From: a bacterium UBP6_UBA1209
Lineage (GTDB): Bacteria; UBP6; UBA1177
Reading direction: 5' to 3'
DNA: 62,855 nucleotides
NCBI GenBank assembly: GCA_002309575.1
Contig: DBXP01000012.1
Span: 1-62,855, forward strand
The translations under genes and the position numbers were made by a program. The notes beneath the pieces were generated by a model, which had not been told where the DNA came from, ran no database searches, and was given only the letters and a program-made list of their open reading frames with translations. This document shows positions 8,892-18,428 of the stretch, in pieces (positions within the stretch are counted from its first letter, which is position 1; each line of letters opens with the position of its first letter).

Positions 8892-9717
8892 TGATTGCCT
8901 CCTCTTTTACAAAAAATATCAAATAAATACCAATACTTAAAATACCAATATCCATAAATTGCCCGAGTGTCAGAAAGTTGAAGAGAAGCGGCTCTTCCCT
9001 TAAAAACTCGATCAGAAAGTTTGCGAAACCGTAGCCTGAAAGAACTGTCCCGGCAATAATGTTTTTTCTGACGCCGAGGTGATTCATCAGAACGACCGCG
9101 CCGTAAAGCAGGAGCATCGACGCGATGATGTAGAGCTGCGTCGGGTGTACGGGCATGGATTCGAGAAATCTGGATGCGCGCTGAAATTTTATGAAATGGG
9201 CTCTGGAAGCCGGGCTTCCTGCCGGGTAAGTTATCGAAAACAATGACGATTCAGTGGCGGGGCTCCCGAAGCAGCATCCCTTGAGAAAACAGTTTATCCT
9301 CGCGAGCGCTGCAAAGAGCGGGAAGGGGTAAAGGATCGCAAACGTCATCTTTCTTGCCTCCTTCACGACAAGGACGAGCAAAACCGAGAGGAAGAGCAGC
9401 CCGCCTGTGATCGAAAATCCCTTGAAGATCACATCGGTCAGCCGGATAAACGCGCTGAAGCTTGTGATCGATTTGAAAACTGTGCCGAGTCCCGAGAGAA
9501 AATTGAAGAGGTTGCCTGAAAGCACGATGATGAAAAGAGGTGCCAAGGCAGCCGCTATAAGAGCGTAAATAGCTGTTTTGACTAGAACTTTCCTGTTTTT
9601 CTTCAGGTCGAGATTCTTCTTTACAAGGCGGTACCAGATGAAAAGCCAAAGCAGAAACAGCGGCGGATTTACATATTTTGTAATGTCGATATAGCCTTTC
9701 GTCAGCCAGTTGAGCAT
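8878..9717 (-). CDS. lgt: Prolipoprotein diacylglyceryl transferase family protein
   Basis: It is polytopic with RINCFLKGCCFGSP and VHPTQLY motifs like those of Lgt. I chose the ATG at 9717 (MLNWLTKGY..., GGAGA RBS 5 nt upstream) over the TTG at 9783 in the ORF track. Confidence 0.7.
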   Translation of the reverse strand: MLNWLTKGYIDITKYVNPPLFLLWLFIWYRLVKKNLDLKKNRKVLVKTAIYALIAAALAPLFIIVLSGNLFNFLSGLGTVFKSITSFSAFIRLTDVIFKGFSITGGLLFLSVLLVLVVKEARKMTFAILYPFPLFAALARINCFLKGCCFGSPATESSLFSITYPAGSPASRAHFIKFQRASRFLESMPVHPTQLYIIASMLLLYGAVVLMNHLGVRKNIIAGTVLSGYGFANFLIEFLREEPLLFNFLTLGQFMDIGILSIGIYLIFFVKEEAIIEGK

Positions 9718-9815
9718 CAGTATCTCCAAGTAAAAACATACAATTTTACTTAAAAGCCGAGTTAGAGCAAGTCTGGATCTCAATTCTTGCCGCCGGATCT
9801 CTATTTGCGTTTTTG

Positions 9816-9843
9816 TTGATTTAAAAGCTTTAAACCTTAATAT
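9816..9843 (+). promoter_or_regulatory. Putative sigma70-like promoter upstream of tpiA (TTGATT-16 nt-TAATAT)
   Basis: The hexamers were read by eye in the 209-bp intergenic region between divergent lgt and tpiA. There is no experimental or statistical support. Confidence 0.25.
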
Positions 9844-9926
9844 ATCCGCTCGAAGGTTAGCCGGCTTCGATTTTCAGTTCTTTCGGAGGTCGGCTTTGCT
9901 TTGAGGCTGAACTTTGGGGAGGAGAT

Positions 9927-10664
9927 ATGAGAAGAGAGATTATTGCCGGCAACTGGAAAATGAACAACCTTACTTCTGAGGTCGAAACTTTCTTTAAGGA
10001 TTTCGGAGCTTTATCTGCAGATACAAAACGGCAGGTGATCGTAGCGCCCGCCTATCCGTATCTTAAAACGGCAGGCGAACTTGCCAGGGAGTGCGGCATC
10101 GAGCTTGCGGCTCAGGATCTCTATCCGCAGCCAGAAGGGGCCTTTACCGGCATGATCGGCAGCAAAATGCTGAAGGATCTCGGCGTTTCGGCGGTTATCA
10201 TCGGTCACAGCGAGAGACGTCACATCCTCCATGAACCGCTCGATCTTATCCGTGAAAAGGTCCGTTTCGCGCAGGAAGAGGGTTTTCATCTGATTTTTTG
10301 TGTCGGGGAGACTCTTGAGGAGCGTCAGAGCGGAGAGATGCTGAATGTCCTCACGACGCAGATCACTTCGGCCTTCGACAACAACCTGACGGCGGCTCCG
10401 GAGATGGTGACGATCGCATACGAGCCTGTCTGGGCTATCGGTACGGGCGTTGTTGCGACACCGGAACAGGCGGAGGAGATGCACAGCTTCATCCGCAAGC
10501 TGATAACTGAAAAATACGGCTACGGAGATTCGAGAATCCTCTATGGCGGCAGCGTTAAGCCCAACAATATCAACGGCTTGATCTCGCTTGAGGATATCGA
10601 CGGAGCTCTGGTCGGAGGTGCAAGCCTCAAGGCGGAATCCTTCCGTGCCCTTGTAAATGCCTGA
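9927..10664 (+). CDS. tpiA: Triosephosphate isomerase
   Basis: IAGNWKMN, IGHSERR, AYEPVWAIGTG and YGGSV motifs are present. A GGAGG RBS precedes the start. Confidence 0.95.
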   Translation: MRREIIAGNWKMNNLTSEVETFFKDFGALSADTKRQVIVAPAYPYLKTAGELARECGIELAAQDLYPQPEGAFTGMIGSKMLKDLGVSAVIIGHSERRHILHEPLDLIREKVRFAQEEGFHLIFCVGETLEERQSGEMLNVLTTQITSAFDNNLTAAPEMVTIAYEPVWAIGTGVVATPEQAEEMHSFIRKLITEKYGYGDSRILYGGSVKPNNINGLISLEDIDGALVGGASLKAESFRALVNA

Positions 10665-10680
10665 TTTGGAAGGAGTCAAA

Positions 10681-11712
10681 ATGATAGGAAGGGTAAAAAT
10701 CAGCAACCTCAACCCGGGAGAGATAATCATTCCCGATTCCAGGCTCTTTCTGCTCGTGAGGCGCTCCGCGGTCCGCAGCAGCAAGACCGGGCAGCGCTAC
10801 ATCGACCTTGATCTTTTTGACGGCGAGACATCGGTCAACGGCAAGATCTGGGATGTCGACGACGATAACGAGACGGCTGCACAGTCCGGAAACATAATTC
10901 ACGTTTTAAACGGAAAGGTCACGCTTTACCAGTCGCTCAAGCAGATCTCGATCAACGATATCGAGGCGCTTCCGTTTGATAAGATCGACGAGCTCTGCCC
11001 CGATATCCTGCCGGAATCGTTTTACAAAACAGAGCAGCTCCGGCAGTATTGGGACGACATTGTCGAACAGCTGGAACCCAAGCACCGCCTGCTTATCGAC
11101 AAATTCATGGCGGACGAAAAAATGTGGTCGCTCTTCACGACGATCCCCGGCGGAAGGAGTATGCACCATGCCTGCCGTCACGGGCTCTGGGAGCACTCGA
11201 TCTCCGTTGCGGAGACCGCTATGGCGATCTCGCAGCTCTTCGCCGAAAAGTACGAAGTGAATGTCTCGCTTACGGTCACGGCTGCGCTCCTGCATGATGT
11301 CGGCAAGCTTTTCGAGTTCCAGATCAACCGCTCGACCTCGATGGTCGAACGCTACACCGACCGCGGCCGGCTGCTCGGTCACATCTACATGGGGGCTTCA
11401 TGGATCGAAAAGTTCGTCGCGGGCTGTTATCCGGACGACGAGGATCTGAAGATCGACCTGATCCATATCCTGCTGAGTCACCACGGCGAATACGAATTCG
11501 GCTCACCGAAGCTTCCGTCGACGATCGAGGCGCTTATCGTTTCGACCTGCGACAAGCTCGATGCAGACTGCGATGCGATCCGCTCGGAACTGGTCAGCGG
11601 GCAGCCTGACGGCAACTGGACGAAGAAGGTCTTCATGCTTGACCGGGAGTTCTTCAAACGCAGAACGGATGCAGACGAGGGGGCACCTCAGCCTGATGAT
11701 GACCACAACTAA
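10681..11712 (+). CDS. OB-fold + HD-domain protein, YhaM-like 3'-5' exoribonuclease
   Basis: The N-terminal OB-like segment (RYIDLDLFDGETSVNGKIWD) is followed by an HD domain (MHHACRHGLWEHSISV...ALLHDVGK...SHHGEYEFGSP). I chose the start at 10681 (GGAAGGAG RBS, MIGRVKISN) rather than 10657. Confidence 0.75.
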   Translation: MIGRVKISNLNPGEIIIPDSRLFLLVRRSAVRSSKTGQRYIDLDLFDGETSVNGKIWDVDDDNETAAQSGNIIHVLNGKVTLYQSLKQISINDIEALPFDKIDELCPDILPESFYKTEQLRQYWDDIVEQLEPKHRLLIDKFMADEKMWSLFTTIPGGRSMHHACRHGLWEHSISVAETAMAISQLFAEKYEVNVSLTVTAALLHDVGKLFEFQINRSTSMVERYTDRGRLLGHIYMGASWIEKFVAGCYPDDEDLKIDLIHILLSHHGEYEFGSPKLPSTIEALIVSTCDKLDADCDAIRSELVSGQPDGNWTKKVFMLDREFFKRRTDADEGAPQPDDDHN

Positions 11713-11734
11713 CTGACAATATAGGAGAAAAATC

Positions 11735-12736
11735 ATGACAAAAATTCGTGTTGCAATCAACGGTTTCGGTAGAATCGGCAGAGCAGTTTTCAGGATCGCG
11801 GAAGACGATCCGCAGGTCGAGATCGTGGCTATCAACGACCTCACCGATCCCAAGACCCTGGCTCATCTTCTTAAGTACGACTCGGTCCACGGGATATGGT
11901 CCCACAACGTAAGTTCCGGCGAGGATTCGATCTATGTCGACGACCGCGAGATCCACATTTTCGCCGAGAAAAACCCTGAGGATCTTCCGTGGCGCGACCA
12001 GAAGATCGACGTCGTTCTCGAGTGCACAGGCAAATTCACGGCCCGCGAGAAGGCTAACCTTCACATCGAGGCTGGTGCCAGCAAAGTCCTCATCTCCGCT
12101 CCGGCAAAGGGCGAGGATATGACGATCGTGCTCGGCGTAAACGATTACCTCTACGACAAGAACAAACACCACATCATTTCGAACGCAAGCTGCACGACAA
12201 ACTGCTATGCGCCGATCACATATGTTCTTCACAAGCATTTCGGCATCAAATACGGCTTTATGACGACGATCCACTCGTACACGAACGACCAGAGGATCCT
12301 CGACCTTCCGCACAAGGATCTGAGACGTGCCAGAGCCGGTGCTGTCAGCATGATCCCGACCACGACGGGCGCAGCGAAGGCTATCGGACTCGTTATCCCC
12401 GAGCTCAAAGGCAAGCTTGACGGTATTTCGATACGCGTCCCCACGCCGAATGTAAGTGTTGTCGACGCTACCTACATGATCGAGACAGAGACAACGGCTG
12501 CCGAGATCAACGCGAAGATGAAGGAGTATGCCGAAGGACCGCTCAAGGGTATCCTCAGATACTGCGACGAGCCGCTTGTTTCCCACGATTTCAACGGCGA
12601 TCCGCACTCCTCGATCCTCGATGCGCAGAACACCGCGGTCATGCAGGGCAACATGGTCAAACTGCTCAGCTGGTATGACAACGAATGGGGCTACAGCAAC
12701 AGGATGTTCGATGTTTTAAAGAAACTTTTTGAATAG
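11735..12736 (+). CDS. gap: Glyceraldehyde-3-phosphate dehydrogenase
   Basis: INGFGRIGR, the active site SNASCTTNC, and WYDNEWGYS are present. Confidence 0.97.
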   Translation: MTKIRVAINGFGRIGRAVFRIAEDDPQVEIVAINDLTDPKTLAHLLKYDSVHGIWSHNVSSGEDSIYVDDREIHIFAEKNPEDLPWRDQKIDVVLECTGKFTAREKANLHIEAGASKVLISAPAKGEDMTIVLGVNDYLYDKNKHHIISNASCTTNCYAPITYVLHKHFGIKYGFMTTIHSYTNDQRILDLPHKDLRRARAGAVSMIPTTTGAAKAIGLVIPELKGKLDGISIRVPTPNVSVVDATYMIETETTAAEINAKMKEYAEGPLKGILRYCDEPLVSHDFNGDPHSSILDAQNTAVMQGNMVKLLSWYDNEWGYSNRMFDVLKKLFE

Positions 12737-12747
12737 CCGGAGGGGTT

Positions 12748-13950
12748 ATGAGCTTCCTGGAAACTCTGAATGTCAGGTGCATCAACGAGCTGGCGCTGAG
12801 GGAAAAACGCGTTTTTTTAAGGACCGATTTCAACTTCCCGACCGATCTGCAGGGCAAAGTTCTCGATATGGACCGGCTGGACCGCTGCGTCCCGACAATC
12901 AGGTACGCGATCGACCACAACGCCAGGCTGATCATCGCGTCGCACTTCGGCAGACCGTCCGGCGCGAAGGATGTCGAGTACACGCTTGAACCCTTTGCCG
13001 CAAAGCTTGCCGAGCTTCTTGATATGGATATCTACTTTTTTGAAGACTGCTACGGAATGGGTGCGCTCCAGATGGTCAAGGATCTTAAGCCCGGCCAGAT
13101 CCTGGTCCTCGAAAATCTTCGCTTCAACGAAGACGAGAAGAAGAATTCGACCGCCTTTGCCCGCGAGCTGGCCAAGATGTGCGATGTCTACATCAACGAT
13201 GCATTCGGAGTTTCCCACCGCAGGGACGCATCGATCGTTTCACTTCCGAAATTCGTCGATACACGCGGTGCAGGGCTCAGCTTCAAGGATGAGGTCGAGC
13301 AGCTTGCAGGGCTTGTCAGCCTCCAGCGCGGCGACGGTTTTTATGCTGTTATCGGCGGGACCAGAGCCGAGGAGAAGATCGGCATAATCAGACCTCTCCT
13401 TGAGATCGCGGACAAGATCCTGCTCGGCGGAGCGATCGCAAACCTTTTCCTGGCGGCTAAGGGTTATGCGCTCGGCGGTCAGAACTTTGACAAGGAGAAG
13501 CTCTTGCTGGCTGAAAACATCCTGAAGAGCGCCAAGGCACGGAACGTCGAGATCGTCTTGCCTGCAGACTGTGTCACTGCGGAGAGCGTAAATTCGACCG
13601 AGACGGTTGTCTGCGATACCGACAAAGTACGCGAGGGAATGCGTATCCTCGACATCGGTCCGAAGAGCCTGAAACTGTTCGAGTCCGAACTTAAGGACTG
13701 CAAAACCCTCTTCTGGAGCGGATCGATGGGGCTTTATGAGCTTGAACGCTTCGCTCAGGGCAGCGCCGGTCTTGCCCGCCTGGTCGCGGCGTCCGGATTC
13801 CGCAAGATCGCCGGCGGCGGCGACACGGCGTTTGTAATCAAAAAAGCAGGTCTTGCCGAGAGCTTTGACATGATTTCGACAGGCGGGAGCGCCGCTCTTG
13901 AATTTTTGAAAAACGGCGGGATGCTTCCGGGTATTGAGGCTTTGAAATAA
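12748..13950 (+). CDS. pgk: Phosphoglycerate kinase
   Basis: RTDFNFP, ASHFGRP, DAFG..HR and STGGGA(L)EFL-type motifs are present in a 400-aa protein. Confidence 0.97.
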   Translation: MSFLETLNVRCINELALREKRVFLRTDFNFPTDLQGKVLDMDRLDRCVPTIRYAIDHNARLIIASHFGRPSGAKDVEYTLEPFAAKLAELLDMDIYFFEDCYGMGALQMVKDLKPGQILVLENLRFNEDEKKNSTAFARELAKMCDVYINDAFGVSHRRDASIVSLPKFVDTRGAGLSFKDEVEQLAGLVSLQRGDGFYAVIGGTRAEEKIGIIRPLLEIADKILLGGAIANLFLAAKGYALGGQNFDKEKLLLAENILKSAKARNVEIVLPADCVTAESVNSTETVVCDTDKVREGMRILDIGPKSLKLFESELKDCKTLFWSGSMGLYELERFAQGSAGLARLVAASGFRKIAGGGDTAFVIKKAGLAESFDMISTGGSAALEFLKNGGMLPGIEALK

Positions 13951-13962
13951 CAGGTGGTTTAA

Positions 13963-14304
13963 ATGGGAGAAAAACTGTCGCTGAGGCCTTCCCGGCGTGA
14001 AAGGAAGGTCCACAACACGCTGAATCTGAACTCGGATCTGAGCAATTCGGGCTTGAGAACCCAGCCTAAGGATTCGAGCGCTCCGAAGACCGACCCCGTG
14101 CGCAACAGCCGTTCGCAGATGCGGGCAAAGCTTTCGATCAGCGACCTCAGCACCGATATCAGGCTTCTTGAGGAGTCGTCGAGACAGGAGTACAGGCGCT
14201 TTATCATTCTGATGGTCCCTGTATTTTTGTGTGCGGTATTCGCTTTTTTCATCAACAGCGGGTTTTACAACGAGCTTTTGGTGTGGCTGATTAAATTTTT
14301 TTAG
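13963..14304 (+). CDS. Hypothetical small membrane-anchored protein
   Basis: The 113-aa ORF has an AGGTGG RBS-like sequence 6 nt upstream and a C-terminal TM (FIILMVPVFLCAVFAFFI). I recognised no family, so coding status is uncertain. Confidence 0.35.
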   Translation: MGEKLSLRPSRRERKVHNTLNLNSDLSNSGLRTQPKDSSAPKTDPVRNSRSQMRAKLSISDLSTDIRLLEESSRQEYRRFIILMVPVFLCAVFAFFINSGFYNELLVWLIKFF

Positions 14305-14346
14305 GACTTCTTTAAACAACATCTAATTTGTCAGACGGAGATAGAA

Positions 14347-16035
14347 ATGGCAAAAATCGTAGAGTGTGTTCCCAATTTTTCGGAGGGCAGAGACCTCGGC
14401 GTAATCAATAAAATCACGGCTGAAATCGAAAAAATCAAGGGCGTAAAGCTGCTTGACGTAGATCCAGGCTACGACACGAACAGAACCGTCGTGACCTTTG
14501 TCGGCGAGCCTGAGGCGGTCAAAGAGGCTGCGTTCGCCGCGGTCAAAAAGAGCCACGAACTGATTGACATGCGCAATCACAAAGGGGCGCATCCGAGATT
14601 CGGCGCCTGTGATGTCTGTCCGGTGATCCCGGTAAGCGGCGTGACGATGGACGAGTGTGTCGAGATCGCCCGCGATCTCGGCAGGAGACTTGGCGAGGAA
14701 CTCGACTATCCGATCTATTTTTATGAGTATGCGGCGACATCTCCCGAGCGCAAAAACCTTGCGAATGTCCGCTCCGGCGAATACGAGGGACTTGAAGCGA
14801 AACTTAAGGATCCGAACTGGAAGCCCGATTTCGGTCCGGCAGAGTTCCGTCCGACCAAGGGTGCGACAGCCGTTTCGGCAAGGGATTTCCTCATTGCCTA
14901 CAACATAAATCTGAACACCTCAAACGCGAAAAAGGCCAACGCGATCGCACTCAGACTGCGCGAACAGGGTTATCCCAAAAAGGATGAAGCGGGCAATCCT
15001 GTCCTTGATGAAAACGGAAAAAAGATAATGATCCCCGGACTTTTCAAGAACTGCAAGGCGATCGGCTGGTACGTAGACGACTACAAGCGCGCTCAGATTT
15101 CGATCAACCTGACGAATTACCATGTGACCAACATGTTCCACGTTTTCGACGCGGCGACAAAACTCGCGGCAGAGAAGGGGCTTCGCGTTACGGGCAGTGA
15201 GATCGTCGGAGTCCTGCCGAAGGAGGCTCTCCTGCAGGCCGGTGTCCATTATCTTGAAGCTCAGGGCAGCTGCGCGGGGCAGAGCGAGAGCGAACTTATC
15301 CGCATCGCTGAGCAGTCTCTCGGACTGAGCGATATCGTTCCCTTCAAGCCAAGCGAAAAAATCATCGACTTTATGGTAAGCGACGAGAAGCTTATGACAG
15401 ATTCGACAGTTTCGGATTTTGTCGATCTTCTGGCGAGCGACGCTCCGGCACCGGGCGGCGGTTCGGTTGCTGCTCTCTGCGGAACGCTTGCGGCATCTCT
15501 CGGAAGTATGGTCGCGAACCTGACCTTCAACAAAAAGGGATACAAAGAGCACAACGAGACAATGAACCGTGTCGCGAAGGAGATGCAGCTCAAAAAGACC
15601 GAGCTTCTTCACCTTATCAACGAGGATACCAACGCCTTCAACATCATGATGGCGGCTATGAAGGCCCAGAATGCAGCCCGCAAAGGCGGAAACGAAGCCG
15701 AAACGGCAGAGGCTGACAAAAAGATGTACGAGGCGAACAAATACGCGATCTCTGTTCCGATGCACATTCTCGAAACAAGTTTCTCACTTCTTCCGAACCT
15801 CAAAACCGTCGCCGAGTACGGCAATGTCAACGCGGCGAGCGATGCAGGAGTGGGCGCGCTGTTAGTCCAGTCTGCGGTCAAGGCAGCGGCTCTGAACGTG
15901 AAGATCAATCTCAAGAACTTTGAAAAGAGTGATCCGTTCTATGCCGATACAAGGAAAAATATGGACGATATCCTCGCGAAGACAGATCCTGCCGCCGAGG
16001 AGATCATCGCGATAGTCGAGGGCAAAATCGCCTGA
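14347..16035 (+). CDS. ftcD: Bifunctional glutamate formimidoyltransferase / formimidoyl-THF cyclodeaminase
   Basis: The N-terminus MAKIVECVPNFSEGRD is the hallmark of formiminotransferase. The C-terminal part has the cyclodeaminase motif APAPGGGSVAALCGTLAASLGSMVANLT. At 562 aa it has the length of the fused enzyme. Confidence 0.9.
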   Translation: MAKIVECVPNFSEGRDLGVINKITAEIEKIKGVKLLDVDPGYDTNRTVVTFVGEPEAVKEAAFAAVKKSHELIDMRNHKGAHPRFGACDVCPVIPVSGVTMDECVEIARDLGRRLGEELDYPIYFYEYAATSPERKNLANVRSGEYEGLEAKLKDPNWKPDFGPAEFRPTKGATAVSARDFLIAYNINLNTSNAKKANAIALRLREQGYPKKDEAGNPVLDENGKKIMIPGLFKNCKAIGWYVDDYKRAQISINLTNYHVTNMFHVFDAATKLAAEKGLRVTGSEIVGVLPKEALLQAGVHYLEAQGSCAGQSESELIRIAEQSLGLSDIVPFKPSEKIIDFMVSDEKLMTDSTVSDFVDLLASDAPAPGGGSVAALCGTLAASLGSMVANLTFNKKGYKEHNETMNRVAKEMQLKKTELLHLINEDTNAFNIMMAAMKAQNAARKGGNEAETAEADKKMYEANKYAISVPMHILETSFSLLPNLKTVAEYGNVNAASDAGVGALLVQSAVKAAALNVKINLKNFEKSDPFYADTRKNMDDILAKTDPAAEEIIAIVEGKIA

Positions 16036-16036
16036 G

Positions 16037-16681
16037 ATGAGGCTTGTTTCGATATTTAATTCACTTCAGGGCGAGGGCCGGTTCCAGGGATATCCGTCGG
16101 CCTTTGTCAGGCTTTACGGCTGCAATCTCAGATGCCGCTACTGCGATACGCATAATTCGCTTGTCGGCGGAAATTACTTTGAAAAATCACCATCGGAAAT
16201 CGCCGGAGATATAAACTCGAACGCTATTTACGACCTTTGTGTCACGGGCGGGGAGCCGCTTTGCCAGAGAGAGGAGCTCTCGGAGCTGCTAAGGCTCCTG
16301 AAGGGTAAACGGATCGATATCGAAACCAACGGAAGTATGGATGTTTCACCTGTTTTTGAGGACTTCCGTGCGTACAACACCTCGTCGGAGATTTATTTTT
16401 CGATAGACTGGAAGTGCCCCGGTTCAGGGAATCCTGTTTTTGATCCTAAAAATATCGGTTTTCTCAAAAAAAGCGGGGCAGGATGGCTCAAATTCGTTGT
16501 TTCAGATGAGGCGGATCTGCGTTTTGCCGAGGAGAAGCTGCCGCTGCTTGAAGGCGTTGAAACCTTTATCAGTCCGGTCTTCGGTGAAGGAAAAAGTTTT
16601 AAAGGCGCGGCCGATTTTGTCGGAAACCACAAAAATGTCAGACTTCAGCTCCAGCTGCATAAAATCCTCGGCATCGAATAG
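16037..16681 (+). CDS. queE: 7-carboxy-7-deazaguanine synthase (radical SAM)
   Basis: SLQGEG, RLYGCNLRCRYCDT (CxxxCxxC) and TGGEPL are present in a 214-aa protein. Confidence 0.85.
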   Translation: MRLVSIFNSLQGEGRFQGYPSAFVRLYGCNLRCRYCDTHNSLVGGNYFEKSPSEIAGDINSNAIYDLCVTGGEPLCQREELSELLRLLKGKRIDIETNGSMDVSPVFEDFRAYNTSSEIYFSIDWKCPGSGNPVFDPKNIGFLKKSGAGWLKFVVSDEADLRFAEEKLPLLEGVETFISPVFGEGKSFKGAADFVGNHKNVRLQLQLHKILGIE

Positions 16682-16771
16682 CAAAAAACGTCCTTCTGCT
16701 GGCAAATTTTAAACTAGAAAAACGATAGAAAAAGTGGTATATGTTTCCGTCCTTTTTTTAAGAGGTTTTTT

Positions 16772-18058
16772 GTGGAATATTTCGACATAAACGGTTCAGG
16801 CACGATACACGGCGAAATAACGCCGTCCGGCAACAAGAACGAGGCATTACCGGTCATCGCGGCATCGCTCCTTTGTCCGGAACCGGTCCGGATCGACAAC
16901 GTCCCCGACATCCTTGATGTCCGGAATATGCTGAAGATAGCGGCTGATCTAGGAGCAGAGGTCTCATACCTGTCGAAAAACAGCATTGTGATCAATGCGG
17001 AAAAGGTGCACTCCAAACCGCTTGACCGAGACCTTTGCGAGCTCGTCAGGACTTCTATTCTCTATGCAGGACCCATGGTCGCAAGGTTCGGAAAGATCAT
17101 TCTTCCGCCTCCGGGAGGCGATGTCATCGGCAGACGGCGGCTGGATACGCACTTCACGGGGCTTCAGCAGCTCGGCGCATCCTACGATTTTAACGGTTTT
17201 GTTTACGAAATAGAGGCCAGGGAGCTTGTCGGAGCCGATGTCTTTCTTGACGAGGCGAGTGTCACGGGGACCGAAAATATCGTTATGGCGGCGGCTCTCG
17301 CAAAGGGGAAATCCTTCATCCGCAACGCCGCAACGGAGCCTCACGTCCAGGGACTTTGCCGTTTCCTCAACAAAATGGGGGCAAAAATTGCCGGGATCGG
17401 GACGAATCTGCTTGAGATCGAAGGTGTCGAGGAGCTTCACGGCTGCACTCACGCGATCAGCTTTGACTATATCGAGGCAGGCAGCTATATCGCCCTCGCC
17501 GCGATGACGAAGGGTGAGCTCCTTATCCGCGGAGCTGCGGCAGACGACACTATGAGATCTGTTTTGAACACCTATAAAAAGCTCGGGATCTATACCGAAA
17601 AGCGGGGCATAGACCTCTTTGTGCCGAGACACGAGAGGCTTGAGATCGCCAGGGAGATGAACAACGCGATCCCGAAGATCGATGACGGGATCTGGCCATC
17701 GTTCCCGTCTGATCTGATGTCAATCGCGATCGTTGCCGCGACACAGGCGGACGGATCGGTCCTCTTTTTTGAAAAGATGTTCGAGAGCCGTATGTTTTTT
17801 GTTGACCGGCTGGTCGGGATGGGAGCACAGATCATTCTTTGCGATCCTCACCGGGTTGTCGTTTCGGGAGCGACGAAACTTCACGGTTCAAAACTTGATT
17901 CGCCGGATATCCGTGCCGGAATGGCTCTTTTGATGGCAGCGGCTTCGGCAAAGGGGGAGAGCAGGATTTTTAACATCCGCCAAATAGACCGCGGTTATGA
18001 ATCTATTGAGGTAAAATTGGCAAGCATTGGTGTTTTAATAAAGAGGAAAAATGACTAA
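16772..18058 (+). CDS. murA: UDP-N-acetylglucosamine 1-carboxyvinyltransferase
   Basis: It has a GTG start with an AAGAGG RBS. GEITPSGNKNEALPVIAASLL aligns to the MurA N-terminus. LPPPGGDVIGRRRLDTH aligns to E. coli LPGGCTIGARPVDLH, with Asp at the Cys115 position. Confidence 0.95.
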   Translation: MEYFDINGSGTIHGEITPSGNKNEALPVIAASLLCPEPVRIDNVPDILDVRNMLKIAADLGAEVSYLSKNSIVINAEKVHSKPLDRDLCELVRTSILYAGPMVARFGKIILPPPGGDVIGRRRLDTHFTGLQQLGASYDFNGFVYEIEARELVGADVFLDEASVTGTENIVMAAALAKGKSFIRNAATEPHVQGLCRFLNKMGAKIAGIGTNLLEIEGVEELHGCTHAISFDYIEAGSYIALAAMTKGELLIRGAAADDTMRSVLNTYKKLGIYTEKRGIDLFVPRHERLEIAREMNNAIPKIDDGIWPSFPSDLMSIAIVAATQADGSVLFFEKMFESRMFFVDRLVGMGAQIILCDPHRVVVSGATKLHGSKLDSPDIRAGMALLMAAASAKGESRIFNIRQIDRGYESIEVKLASIGVLIKRKND

Positions 18059-18147
18059 AAGAGAGAATAAAACAGCTCTTTTTATCACTAATGATATATC
18101 AGTTATGTGTTAATTGTGTTAATTTTTGGTTTTTTTTGTAAAAAAAC

Positions 18148-18176
18148 TTGATTTTTATGTTGAATGCCATTAATTT
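18148..18176 (+). promoter_or_regulatory. Putative sigma70-like promoter of the HTH-pil operon (TTGATT-17 nt-TAATTT)
   Basis: The hexamers sit in the AT-rich 152-bp gap after murA, 35 nt upstream of the ATG at 18211 (AAGGAG RBS). This was read by eye only. Confidence 0.3.
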
Positions 18177-18210
18177 AGAGCAACTTTTTTGATTTTTTAA
18201 GGAGAAGAAG

Positions 18211-18420
18211 ATGGCAAACAACCTCAGAAAAATGAGAGAAAAGCTGCTTATGAGCAAGTCTGAGCTTGCACGCAAGGCCGGTGTTTCCGTGCTAACGATC
18301 GACAGGATCGAAAAGGACGGTAAATGCAGAATGGAGACCAAGCGCAAGATTCTGATTGCATTGGGGCTCTCGCTTGATGAGAAAGATAAGATATTTTCAG
18401 ATGATAGTGATGAAAATTAG
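18211..18420 (+). CDS. XRE-family helix-turn-helix protein
   Basis: LRKMREKLLMSKSELARKAGVSVLTIDRIEKDG is a canonical HTH_3 motif. The protein is 69 aa and ends 8 nt before pilM. Confidence 0.8.
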   Translation: MANNLRKMREKLLMSKSELARKAGVSVLTIDRIEKDGKCRMETKRKILIALGLSLDEKDKIFSDDSDEN

Positions 18421-18428
18421 CTCAGGAG

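Noticed and set aside
18099-18347. An 82-aa minus-strand ORF in the murA-HTH intergenic region.
   Set aside because: It is AT-rich and low-complexity, overlaps the well-supported XRE HTH gene on the opposite strand, and lies in a likely promoter region.
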